Counted from the stretch's first letter, positions 1 through 8,368 are shown. The stretch: 12,895 bases of DNA from Pseudothermotoga sp. (GCA_041640575.1 JBEPZZ010000050.1:1-12895), one strand, 5' to 3'. Numbers and translations are program-made. The notes: generated from the letters alone by a model not told the origin.

Positions 1-627
1 ACTTATCCATGGGTAGAAGTACTTTGGATCGCCGTGAATGGAGATGTAATAAACCATATCTGTATCGTAAAAAATCTCTTGCGTGCCGTTTCCGTGGTGA
101 AAGTCAAGATCCAATATGCCAACTCTCTCGGCGCCTCTCTTTAAAAAGTACATAGCCGAAATTGCAGCATTGTTGAAATAGCAATAACCACCGCAGTAAT
201 TCCTTGTGGCGTGATGCCCCGGTGGCCTGGTTAGGGCATACACCACATTGTTAGATTCAACCAAACGAGCTGCTGTTAAAGCGGTATCAACAGCTCTTTT
301 TGCCGTATCAAAAGTGTTTTTCAGTATAGGTGTACCCGTGTCAAAACATTTGTCAAAACCAAAAACTTCTGGAATGTACTCATCGTTTTCTGTAAGCAAC
401 TCACATTTCGATCTGAGCCATGCAACGTACTCCTCATCGTGAACCAAGTAAATGTAATTGATGGGAAACTTCGAAGGTGAAATGAAATTGTCGAATCCCC
501 TCAAAATCAAGGCGTCCTTAATTTCATTTATCCTCTCTGGTTTCTCAGGATTTTCGATAAACCTACCCCTATCTATTTCTTTTGTTGGGCAGTGAGATGT
601 GTGCGACGGATCGTACACGATCTTCAT
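1..627 (-). CDS. Histone deacetylase family protein (acetylpolyamine amidohydrolase-like), 3' end truncated by the window edge
   Basis: Not in the ORF track; translated by hand. ATG at 627 overlaps the rpiB stop (ATGA) and the frame is open to base 1 (209 codons): MKIVYDPSHTSHCPTKEIDRGRFIENPEKPER...LVH...RPPGHHA...GGYCYFNNAA...ILDLDFHHGNGTQEIFY...SIHGDPKYFYP. These are HDAC-family catalytic and Zn-binding motifs. Confidence 0.93.
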   Translation of the reverse strand, partial: MKIVYDPSHTSHCPTKEIDRGRFIENPEKPERINEIKDALILRGFDNFISPSKFPINYIYLVHDEEYVAWLRSKCELLTENDEYIPEVFGFDKCFDTGTPILKNTFDTAKRAVDTALTAARLVESNNVVYALTRPPGHHATRNYCGGYCYFNNAAISAMYFLKRGAERVGILDLDFHHGNGTQEIFYDTDMVYYISIHGDPKYFYPWIS

Positions 628-1061
628 TTATCAACTTCCTCCAGTTTCTGGATTCGTTTCTCATGCCTTCCTCCCTGAAACGCTTCACTCAAAAAAGCTT
701 CCACGATCCACTGAGCCAATTCTGGTCCAATTAATCTACCAGGTAGCACCAATATGTTCGCGTTGTTGTGAGCTCTTGCAAGTCTAGCCATCTCTGGAAA
801 TAGACACAGAGCAGCTCTTATACCTTTAATTCTGTTAGCTGCTATGCTCATCCCAATACCAGTGCCACATATGAGGATTCCAAAATCAGCGACGTTCCTT
901 TTTAAATCATCAGCCACCTTTCTCGCAAAGTCAGGATAATCAACGGATTCTTCTGAATATGTGCCCTCATCAACAACTTTGTATCCTTTCGAAACCAAAT
1001 AGCTTTTAACACTTTCCTTAAGCTTAAAACCGGCATGATCAGCACCAACTGCAATTCTCAA
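624..1061 (-). CDS. rpiB: Ribose 5-phosphate isomerase B (RpiB/LacA/LacB family)
   Basis: Motifs GADHAG, VDYPD, LICGTGIGMSIAANR, ARAHNNANIL and FQGGRHEKRI. TTG start overlaps the STAS gene stop (TTGA); SD-like AAGGTGA upstream. Confidence 0.96.
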   Translation of the reverse strand: MRIAVGADHAGFKLKESVKSYLVSKGYKVVDEGTYSEESVDYPDFARKVADDLKRNVADFGILICGTGIGMSIAANRIKGIRAALCLFPEMARLARAHNNANILVLPGRLIGPELAQWIVEAFLSEAFQGGRHEKRIQKLEEVDK

Positions 1062-1420
1062 TTTGCATCACCTTCAATCAATGCTTTGATGGCGTCTTCA
1101 ATGGTTGAGAAAATCCTAAACACAGAGGAAAGCGACGTAATCTGAAATATTCTCATGATGTTCTCATGCAATCCGCAAAGCGCAAAAGTACCTCCATTCA
1201 GCCTACAAGCTCGCTGTAGTCCTACCAAAACACCTAACGCTGAACTGTCTACATACTCCACATCGGAAAGATCTATTATCAAATTGACCTTTCCTTGATT
1301 GATGTACTCGGTCTTAATCTTATCTTTAAAGTCCGTTGAATTGCTGAAATCAATTACACCTGACGGTTTTATTATCCAAAGATCTTTCACGTTTTTAGCG
1401 GTAAAAAGCTCTTCAGGCAT
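1058..1420 (-). CDS. STAS-domain anti-sigma factor antagonist (RsbV/SpoIIAA family)
   Basis: 120 aa with G.IDF, IIDLSDVEYVDSSALGVL (phosphorylatable Ser motif) and IFQITSL...F.IF.T.EDA. 8-bp overlap with the lexA end. Confidence 0.92.
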   Translation of the reverse strand: MPEELFTAKNVKDLWIIKPSGVIDFSNSTDFKDKIKTEYINQGKVNLIIDLSDVEYVDSSALGVLVGLQRACRLNGGTFALCGLHENIMRIFQITSLSSVFRIFSTIEDAIKALIEGDAN

Positions 1421-2015
1421 AGATTCTTATCACCCCTACTACTCTGCCTATAATTTTTACTCTTTCGACTGCAAGCACTAATGGTTTCATGGACGAATTT
1501 GCTGGCATTAGAACCACTTTTTTATCCTGAATGTAGATTTTCTTCAATGTTGCTTCGCTGTTGTCAATAAGAATGGCTGCAATATCTCCGCTATCCACCA
1601 CGTCCTGTTTTCTAACTACCACGTAATCCCCATCCACGATATGTTCATTAATCATGCTTTCACCTTTGACTTTCAAAAGAAAATGTTCAAACCCGGCTTT
1701 GATCATGTTGATTGGTACCTCTATCGATTCACCTGAATTTTCTATGGCTTCTATGGCAGTACCTGCGGCTATCTTTCCGACAACTGGTAGTCTCACAGCC
1801 TCAGTTCTTATTTTGATTTTTATGCTTCTTGCTTTCCTTGAGCGTGACAGATAACCTTTCTTTTCTAAAGCATCAATGTGAATCATCGCACCCCTAGGTG
1901 TTATTCGAAAAGCTCTTGCCACCTCTCTAACGCTTGGAGGATAGCCATTTTTATCGATATAACCCTCAATAAAAGCCAGTACTTGTTTTTGTCTTTCCGT
2001 GAGTTCTTTGCTCAC
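1413..2015 (-). CDS. lexA: SOS transcriptional repressor LexA
   Basis: N-terminal wHTH (LTERQ...GYPPSVREV...LEKKGY), cleavage site A84-G85 (VGKIAAG), catalytic S120 (KGESM) and K158 (ATLKK). GTG start overlaps the archease stop (GTGA). Confidence 0.96.
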   Translation of the reverse strand: MSKELTERQKQVLAFIEGYIDKNGYPPSVREVARAFRITPRGAMIHIDALEKKGYLSRSRKARSIKIKIRTEAVRLPVVGKIAAGTAIEAIENSGESIEVPINMIKAGFEHFLLKVKGESMINEHIVDGDYVVVRKQDVVDSGDIAAILIDNSEATLKKIYIQDKKVVLMPANSSMKPLVLAVERVKIIGRVVGVIRIYA

Positions 2016-2389
2016 GTATCAAACACCACCTTTAATTTTAAAACATTTTCTTCAGTAAAAACATTTAAACCATGATACGTCAAAGCCTTGAACTCGGCAC
2101 CATGTAATTCACCAACCGTACAAAAACGAACGACAAGATCTTGCTGAATTTCACATTCAGTTGGAAAAAGCCTTTTGGCATCGATCATGTATATCCAGTC
2201 ATTTACTACGTCAAAAATCATGTCCTCAACGGGCTTGTTTAACGAGTACTCGACTTTCAGACAATCGTCGAGCAACTTTGGTTTGTAATGACTTTTAAAG
2301 ATCTCAATTAAGTCTGAGAAAATACATTCTATGGAATCACAGGTCAATTCATAACGTACATCCGCTGTATGATCTAACTCTCTGTACAT
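2012..2389 (-). CDS. Archease (RtcB RNA-ligase activator family)
   Basis: 125 aa with the archease hallmarks: N-terminal [17 protein letters not shown] and C-terminal VVFD. 16-bp overlap with the gyrA end. Confidence 0.92.
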   Translation of the reverse strand: MYRELDHTADVRYELTCDSIECIFSDLIEIFKSHYKPKLLDDCLKVEYSLNKPVEDMIFDVVNDWIYMIDAKRLFPTECEIQQDLVVRFCTVGELHGAEFKALTYHGLNVFTEENVLKLKVVFDT

Positions 2390-4800
2390 TTCTCAACCAC
2401 CGCGAAATGTGAGACTTCATCATCATCGTTTAATTCAACGATTTTAACACCTTTAGCTGTTCTTCCAAGAAGACTGACTGTGGAAACATTAAACCGTATT
2501 GATTGGCCATTCTTTGTCATCACAATGACATCTGTTTCAAGATCTGTAACGACTTCAACTCCACAAAGTGTACCTACTTTTTCGACACCAGACATCGTTT
2601 TTATGCCAATTCCACCTCGACCTTGAAGTCTGTATTCACTGATTGGAGTTCGTTTACCAAAACCTCTCGCAGTAATAGTCAGTATTTCACAGTTTTCACT
2701 TGGTATTCGTACCATTCCTATAACTTCATCTGCGTCTCTCAGCTTTATTCCTCTTACTCCCATTGCCGTTCTACCCATTGGTCTTACCTCAGAAAGGGCA
2801 AATCTAACTGCCATACCATTCTTTGTCACGATAAGAATTTGCTCGTTTTCGCTATAGGATAACCTAGCAGACACAACACAGTCACTGTTTTCAAAGGTGA
2901 TCGCTCGAATTCCTCGGCTCGTTACGTTTTCAAACTCTTTCAAAGGCGTTCTCTTTATCTTACCGTGCTTGGTTACAAGCACGAGATCTCCTTTCCATTC
3001 CTCGAAAGGCAGCAACGTAACAACATTTTCATCTTCCTCAAGATTCAAATAAACTCTAACAGGTTTGCCCTTGCTATCACGACCAGTTAGCTCGATTTCA
3101 TAATTTTTCATGATAAAAGCCTTGCCTTTCGAAGTGATGAACAAAGTTTGAGCTAGGGATCTACTTGCGCAAACCATCGCTATTTCATCGTTTTCAGAGG
3201 TCTTAATTCCGACAATACCTTTACCACCACGACGCTGGCTCCTATAGTCTTTCAAGCTCGTAGCCTTTAAATATCCCTTCTCAGTTAGAGTTAACACGAT
3301 TTCTTCATCCAAAACGAACTGCTCAGGGTTGTACTCCAACTCTTCGGAAAGATCCGTGATCTGTGTTCTCCTTTCGTCACCGTATCTATCTTTTATCAAC
3401 TCAAGTTCTTTATCCATAACCTCATAAACTCTTTCATCTTTTGTGATTATCTGCTTCACTTCTTCTATATTCTTGATCAGCATAGAATATTCAGACTGCA
3501 ACTTTTCAACCTCTAAGCTTGTCAATCTACCGAGTCTCATGTCTAAAATCGCTTTTGCTTGTTCTTCTGTGACTCCCAAGGTGTCCATTAAGTTCTTGAC
3601 AGCTTCCTGATTGTCCTTACTAGAACGAATTATGTCCACGACAACACCTATCGCTCGGGAAGCTTTCATTAAACCTTCGACTACATGTGCTCTTTTCGAG
3701 TAAACCTTTAATTCGTATTCTGCCCTTTTTCTTATGACCTCAAATCTATGCTTTATGAAAGCTTTCAACAACTGTTGAAGATTCATCAATTTCGGTTTTT
3801 TGCCATCTATCACTAACATCTGAACACTGAAGCTGGTTTGCAGAGACGTATGTTTGTACAAGTTGTTGAGTAACACACTTTGACTTACGGATTTGCTAGT
3901 TTCTACAACTATTCTTAAACCAGTCTTGTCAGATTCATCCCTGACGTTTTTGATCATCATTCTTGGTTCTTTTTCAGCATAGCTTGCTATCTCTTCTATC
4001 AAAGCAGCTTTGCTCACATTGTATGGTATTTCAGTTATTACGATTCTGTTGTGTTTTTTGTCCTCTTCAAAATCCACTTTCGCACGTATGACAATTCTGC
4101 CCCTACCTGTGGAATAAACCTCAGCTAATTCTCTGCCATTAATTACCAGCCCACCTGTTGGAAAATCTGGTCCTTTCACGAATTGAAGAAGTTCTAAGAC
4201 AGAAGCGTTCGGATTTCTTATCATATATCGAATAGCTTCAACAACTTCAACTAAGTTGTGTGGTGGTATGTTTGTTGCCATTCCAACAGCAATACCACTT
4301 GCGCCGTTCAAAAGAAGGTTCGGAACCTTGGCAGGGAGAACGACTGGCTCTTCCAAAGTATCGTCGAAGTTCTTAGTCATAGGAACAGTTTCTTTGTCTA
4401 AATCCTCAAGCATTTCTTCAGCTAAGCGAGAAAGTTTTGCTTCTGTGTATCGCATCGCTGCTGGAGGATCTCTGTCTATGGACCCAAAGTTCCCCTGACC
4501 AATCACAAGCGGATATCTCATGGAAAATGGCTGAGCCATTCTAACAAGTGCATCGTAAACAGCTGCATCTCCATGCGGGTGATACTTACCCATGACTTCT
4601 CCAACGATTCTTGCAGACTTCTTTGTTTGAGCGTTGTGCGTCAATCCGAGCTCGTACATGGAGTAAAGAATACGTCTTTGAACTGGTTTCAAGCCATCAC
4701 GAACGTCAGGAATTGCGCGCCCTATTATGACGCTCATTGAATAGTTCATGTATAGCTCTACAAGTTCGTCCTCTATATTTCTCGTTAGAACTTCTGCCAC
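2374..4800 (-). CDS. gyrA: DNA gyrase subunit A
   Basis: [23 protein letters not shown], active-site AAMRYTE, intact GyrA-box QRRGGKG (3217-3237) and beta-pinwheel CTD repeats. GTG start with SD AGGAGG upstream. Confidence 0.97.
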   Translation of the reverse strand: MAEVLTRNIEDELVELYMNYSMSVIIGRAIPDVRDGLKPVQRRILYSMYELGLTHNAQTKKSARIVGEVMGKYHPHGDAAVYDALVRMAQPFSMRYPLVIGQGNFGSIDRDPPAAMRYTEAKLSRLAEEMLEDLDKETVPMTKNFDDTLEEPVVLPAKVPNLLLNGASGIAVGMATNIPPHNLVEVVEAIRYMIRNPNASVLELLQFVKGPDFPTGGLVINGRELAEVYSTGRGRIVIRAKVDFEEDKKHNRIVITEIPYNVSKAALIEEIASYAEKEPRMMIKNVRDESDKTGLRIVVETSKSVSQSVLLNNLYKHTSLQTSFSVQMLVIDGKKPKLMNLQQLLKAFIKHRFEVIRKRAEYELKVYSKRAHVVEGLMKASRAIGVVVDIIRSSKDNQEAVKNLMDTLGVTEEQAKAILDMRLGRLTSLEVEKLQSEYSMLIKNIEEVKQIITKDERVYEVMDKELELIKDRYGDERRTQITDLSEELEYNPEQFVLDEEIVLTLTEKGYLKATSLKDYRSQRRGGKGIVGIKTSENDEIAMVCASRSLAQTLFITSKGKAFIMKNYEIELTGRDSKGKPVRVYLNLEEDENVVTLLPFEEWKGDLVLVTKHGKIKRTPLKEFENVTSRGIRAITFENSDCVVSARLSYSENEQILIVTKNGMAVRFALSEVRPMGRTAMGVRGIKLRDADEVIGMVRIPSENCEILTITARGFGKRTPISEYRLQGRGGIGIKTMSGVEKVGTLCGVEVVTDLETDVIVMTKNGQSIRFNVSTVSLLGRTAKGVKIVELNDDDEVSHFAVVEKCTES

Positions 4801-4815
4801 CTTAAGTCTCCCCTC

Positions 4816-6708
4816 CTAGGAAATTGTTGCACCAGGTGCTATTTCACCATCGACAGTTAATATTCTCAGATTTGAACCATCTTTCGCGGCAAGAAGCATT
4901 CCTTGAGATTCTATTCCCATTAATTTGGCAGGTTTCAAATTCGCCACAATGATGATTTTCTTGCCGACCAGGTCTTCTGGTGCATAATACTTTGCAATGC
5001 CAGCTACCAGTTGCCTCGTTCCAAGACTTCCCACGTCAACAATCAATTTGAGAAGTTTGTCGGACTTTTCAATTTTTTCAGCAGAGATTACCTTAGCAAC
5101 CCTCAACTCAACTTTCTTGAAATACTCAATATCTATCAAATTCTGAACACCTTCCATTTTCCCCTCTCCTTCCTTTTTTGTTATTTGAACGTATTCTCTT
5201 TTTTCAAATAATGGTGTACCTTTGTAGACTGGCGAACCTACTCTAAGGGCACCCCAGTTCTCAAGGACACTGTCATCGATAATTCCGTCAAATCCCAGTC
5301 TTCTAAACACTTCTAGAGAAGAGTCGGGCATAATTGGAGAAAGCATTGCTGCAACCTTCAAAGTAGCTTCGCAAATGTTGTACAAAACTGTGCCAAGTTG
5401 ATCTAACTTTCCTTCGCGAGCCAAAACCCAGGGGCGCTTTTCATCGAAGTATTTGTTGGCGGTTGCGAGCATCTCCATTATGGTCTCTACAGCTTGTGTC
5501 AAAGCATAGTTATCCATTGAATTTTTGTATTTTCTAACCCCAGCAATAACCTGTTGTTTGAAATTTTCATCAACTTCGTCGTACTGTGCAGGTGCAGGAA
5601 CTTTTGAGCCAAAATGCTTTTCAATCATCGCCAATGCTCTATGCAAAAGATTTCCATAATCATTTGCAAGATCAGAATTAAGCCTTTCAACTAAATTTCT
5701 TTCCGAAAAATCGCCATCCTTACCGAAGTTTATATCTCGCAGAAGGTAGAATCTTAAAACATCGTTGCCATATTTATCTATAAAATATTTCGGATCTATA
5801 GCATTACCAAGCGATTTTGAAATCTTCTGGCCATCAACCGTCAACCAACCGTGTGCATAGATAACTTTTGGCAAAGGTAAACCGACAGACATTAACATCG
5901 CCGGCCATATGATTGAGTGGAAGCGATTTATTTCCTTACCAATCAAGTGTACATCCGCAGGCCAATATTTTTCGAAAGTTTCCATGTTGTTGGGATACCC
6001 AATGGCAGAAACATAGTTTATTAGCGCGTCAACCCAAACGTATATTACGTGTTCTGGATCATCCGGCATTGGTACTCCCCATTTGAAAGTTGTTCTGGTT
6101 ATACTTAAATCTTTCAAGCCCCCTTCAAGAATTTTCAGCATCTCATTCCTTCTGAAGTCCGGCTGTACAAACTCTGGATTAGATTTGAAATGTTGCAACA
6201 GCGGATCCCGATACTTCGAAAGCCTGAAGAAATAATTCTCTTCGCTCACATACTTCAGTTCACGACCGCAAGATGGGCAAAGTTTTTCTTCATCTATTTC
6301 ATCTTCGTTCCAGTAGCTTTCACAGGGCACACAGTACCAGCCCTTGTATTCTCCTTTGTAAACATCCCCATTTTCTTTCATCTTCTTCACAAAGTACTGA
6401 ACTACTTCCATATGTTTCGGATCGGTTGTCCTTATGAAACCATTGTTTGTGATTTTAAGCTTTTTCCAAAGTTGCTTGAACCTTTCGGCAAGTTCGTCAC
6501 AAAAACTTTGTGGATCTTTGCCAACAGCAGTTGCAGCTTGCAAAATCTTTTGACCATGCTCATCAGTCCCAGTTAAAAAGAAAACGTCGTACCCCATCAT
6601 TCGTTTGTAGCGCGCAATTATGTCGGCAACTATAGTTGTATAAGCACTTCCAACATGTGGATCGGAATTCACATAGTAAATTGGTGTTGTTATATAGAAT
6701 TTTTTCAA
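4816..6708 (-). CDS. metG: Methionine--tRNA ligase with C-terminal tRNA-binding (Trbp111-like OB) domain
   Basis: YITTPIYYVN, HIGH variant HVGS, GTDEHGQK, single Zn knuckle CVPC...CPSC, YVWVDAL, KMSKS variant KISKS and C-terminal ANLKPAKLMGIESQGMLLAA. The start is probably TTG at 6708 because the track's GTG at 6717 lies inside the SD GAGGTGA (6720-6714). Confidence 0.96.
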   Translation of the reverse strand: MKKFYITTPIYYVNSDPHVGSAYTTIVADIIARYKRMMGYDVFFLTGTDEHGQKILQAATAVGKDPQSFCDELAERFKQLWKKLKITNNGFIRTTDPKHMEVVQYFVKKMKENGDVYKGEYKGWYCVPCESYWNEDEIDEEKLCPSCGRELKYVSEENYFFRLSKYRDPLLQHFKSNPEFVQPDFRRNEMLKILEGGLKDLSITRTTFKWGVPMPDDPEHVIYVWVDALINYVSAIGYPNNMETFEKYWPADVHLIGKEINRFHSIIWPAMLMSVGLPLPKVIYAHGWLTVDGQKISKSLGNAIDPKYFIDKYGNDVLRFYLLRDINFGKDGDFSERNLVERLNSDLANDYGNLLHRALAMIEKHFGSKVPAPAQYDEVDENFKQQVIAGVRKYKNSMDNYALTQAVETIMEMLATANKYFDEKRPWVLAREGKLDQLGTVLYNICEATLKVAAMLSPIMPDSSLEVFRRLGFDGIIDDSVLENWGALRVGSPVYKGTPLFEKREYVQITKKEGEGKMEGVQNLIDIEYFKKVELRVAKVISAEKIEKSDKLLKLIVDVGSLGTRQLVAGIAKYYAPEDLVGKKIIIVANLKPAKLMGIESQGMLLAAKDGSNLRILTVDGEIAPGATIS

Positions 6709-6727
6709 ACACTTCACCTCACTTTAC

Positions 6728-6745
6728 GTATACTTAAGTATACCA
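6728..6745 (-). promoter_or_regulatory. Candidate extended -10 promoter (TG-G-TATACT) for metG-gyrA-archease-lexA, overlapped by the perfect palindrome GTATACTTAAGTATAC
   Basis: The minus strand reads ...ctaTGgTATACTtaagtatacgtaaagtGAGGTGAagtgtTTG. The 16-bp palindrome spans 6728-6743. No recognisable -35. Confidence 0.55.
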
Positions 6746-8305
6746 TAGACTGCTTAATATTACTCTTTGATAGCCCCAGCGTTTAATGAACCAATCCTTT
6801 CCTTCTGTATGAATTGGCAAGATGAAATCCGGAGAAATTTCCTCAATCAACATCTCAAGGTCTGTAGCCGAAACATGGCCAGAAGCGTGAAAATCTTTTG
6901 TGAATTCCATACCAGTTTCTGTGAATCTTATTCCATAAGGTTGAATTGAAAACTCCTTTAGCCAATTTCCAAGCCTCTTGAAATCTATTTCCTGTTCTTC
7001 TGTATAGGCCTCACTCGTCGAATGAATGTAAACCGATCTTTCGAGGGTCTTTACATCCAGATCAAGCAAATTCGGTATCTCCCAATATCCTGCACAAAAT
7101 ATATACTTATCTGGGGCTAGGTCTATGCTGTGTGGTTGGATAATTATATTCTCATCCATGGCGCGTTGTAGAACTTCTTTCTCTAAGGCATCAAATTGGC
7201 TTTTGGCAACATGATAGACCTTTAACTGACTTCTTTCTTCATCGCTCAGTTTCCACACAGGCTCAATTTGTTCCATAGTTACAAGATAAGCATAGTCTTT
7301 AGGCATCAAAACAAGGTATCGATCGGTTTTCTTCGCAACGTTCAAGAAAGTTAGTAATCTCTCCAAATGTCTGACAGGAAAATCAGCTATAACTAACTTA
7401 TTCGTTACTTCAACCAAATGTAGAACTTTTTCATAGACATCCTTTTCAGTTGTTTCGGCATCTGATTGCCGACCAACCCTTGTACCTTCAGTTATCAAAA
7501 TCAACGGCTTTTTGCCCGAAAGTAGCTGTAGAAATGACTCGGTTCTTTTGGCTAGTTCTAGCCTGTTTGCTCCAAGGTGTTCCAACCAAAAGTCCTCTTC
7601 GGCTTTGCTCTTTGGACCCATTCTGAAATCTCCAGTGTATGCAAGCCAAATACCATCAATCTTAACCAAAAGTCCCGCAGATCCAATAACCGAATGATAA
7701 ACCCGTTGCACAAATAACTCATCAGACCACAAATCTTTTCTATCAACAAGATCAAACTTTTCTTCCAGACTTTTCCTCATATCATCCTTCAGATCTAAAG
7801 CGCAAAGCATTCTCTTTTGAAACTTGTCTGCTTTCTTGTTAGCTACTACCATTAAATCCGAACGAATTAATGAACCTTCTTCTGGCTTAACACGCCTTCT
7901 TTGGTAAAGCTCAGAAATAGTTTCTGCACGAATCTCGGAACTTGCTTTCATTATCGCCAGCGTTTCGTTTGTCATCAAAAGCGGTATATTCGGCTTTACC
8001 AATCCGGTCATTCCACAGTGATCAGCGTGTGCATGACTCACAAACAAGAACCTTAACGTGAGTGATCTTCCAAAATTCGGTGGGTTCAAATCATCCCTAT
8101 AAATGTCTAACTCTGGTATAAGTTTCAGCCGAAGTAAATCACTAAGGATCCTACCTGTCCTTGGTTTTACCAGCTCTTCGAAGAATCGGTACCAATATGC
8201 GAAATTTAAGCCAAAATCAAGCAAAAAACCTTCATTTTTATTGTCTAAAACAAGTATTTTGTTCCCACCAATAGTGTTATGACCATCAAGAACTTCAACA
8301 GTCAA
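6734..8305 (-). CDS. MBL-fold beta-CASP metallo-hydrolase (RNase J-like nuclease)
   Basis: MBL motifs LLDFG, HAHADH (HxHxDH), VYHS and YTGDFR; beta-CASP motifs A (ITEGT), B (HASGH) and C (PIHTE). TTG start with SD GGAGTGA at 8316-8310. Confidence 0.85.
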   Translation of the reverse strand: MTVEVLDGHNTIGGNKILVLDNKNEGFLLDFGLNFAYWYRFFEELVKPRTGRILSDLLRLKLIPELDIYRDDLNPPNFGRSLTLRFLFVSHAHADHCGMTGLVKPNIPLLMTNETLAIMKASSEIRAETISELYQRRRVKPEEGSLIRSDLMVVANKKADKFQKRMLCALDLKDDMRKSLEEKFDLVDRKDLWSDELFVQRVYHSVIGSAGLLVKIDGIWLAYTGDFRMGPKSKAEEDFWLEHLGANRLELAKRTESFLQLLSGKKPLILITEGTRVGRQSDAETTEKDVYEKVLHLVEVTNKLVIADFPVRHLERLLTFLNVAKKTDRYLVLMPKDYAYLVTMEQIEPVWKLSDEERSQLKVYHVAKSQFDALEKEVLQRAMDENIIIQPHSIDLAPDKYIFCAGYWEIPNLLDLDVKTLERSVYIHSTSEAYTEEQEIDFKRLGNWLKEFSIQPYGIRFTETGMEFTKDFHASGHVSATDLEMLIEEISPDFILPIHTEGKDWFIKRWGYQRVILSSLWYT

Positions 8306-8324
8306 AGAATCACTCCAACAATTT

Positions 8325-8333
8325 ATTTTATCA
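8325..8333 (-). promoter_or_regulatory. Candidate extended -10 promoter (TG-A-TAAAAT) for the beta-CASP gene
   Basis: The minus strand reads TTTTTTCA-TG-A-TAAAAT-AAATTGTT-GGAGTGA-TTCT-TTG, directly after the upstream terminator. No good -35. Confidence 0.5.
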
Positions 8334-8335
8334 TG

Positions 8336-8368
8336 AAAAAAGCTCGCTTCGTCTGGAGAGAAGCGAGC
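8336..8368 (-). terminator. Rho-independent terminator downstream of the ABC permease
   Basis: Perfect 9-bp stem GCTCGCTTC/GAAGCGAGC (8342-8350 and 8360-8368), 9-nt loop, followed by U6 on the minus strand (A6 at 8336-8341). It begins 18 nt after the permease stop. Confidence 0.88.

Noticed and set aside
2374..4800. ParC (topoisomerase IV) or an intein-containing GyrA
   Set aside because: The canonical GyrA-box QRRGGKG is present, the length is a normal 808 aa, and there is no insertion after the active-site Tyr.
4795..4812. Second copy of the palindrome core (GAGAC-TTAA-GGTG) at the gyrA start
   Set aside because: Only ACTTAAG is shared, the second half-site does not match, and the flanks are explained by the SD and start codon.
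6709..6733. T-box or S-box riboswitch upstream of metG, and the GTG start at 6717
   Set aside because: Only about 25 nt separate the genes, too short for such leaders, and GTG 6717 is part of the SD.
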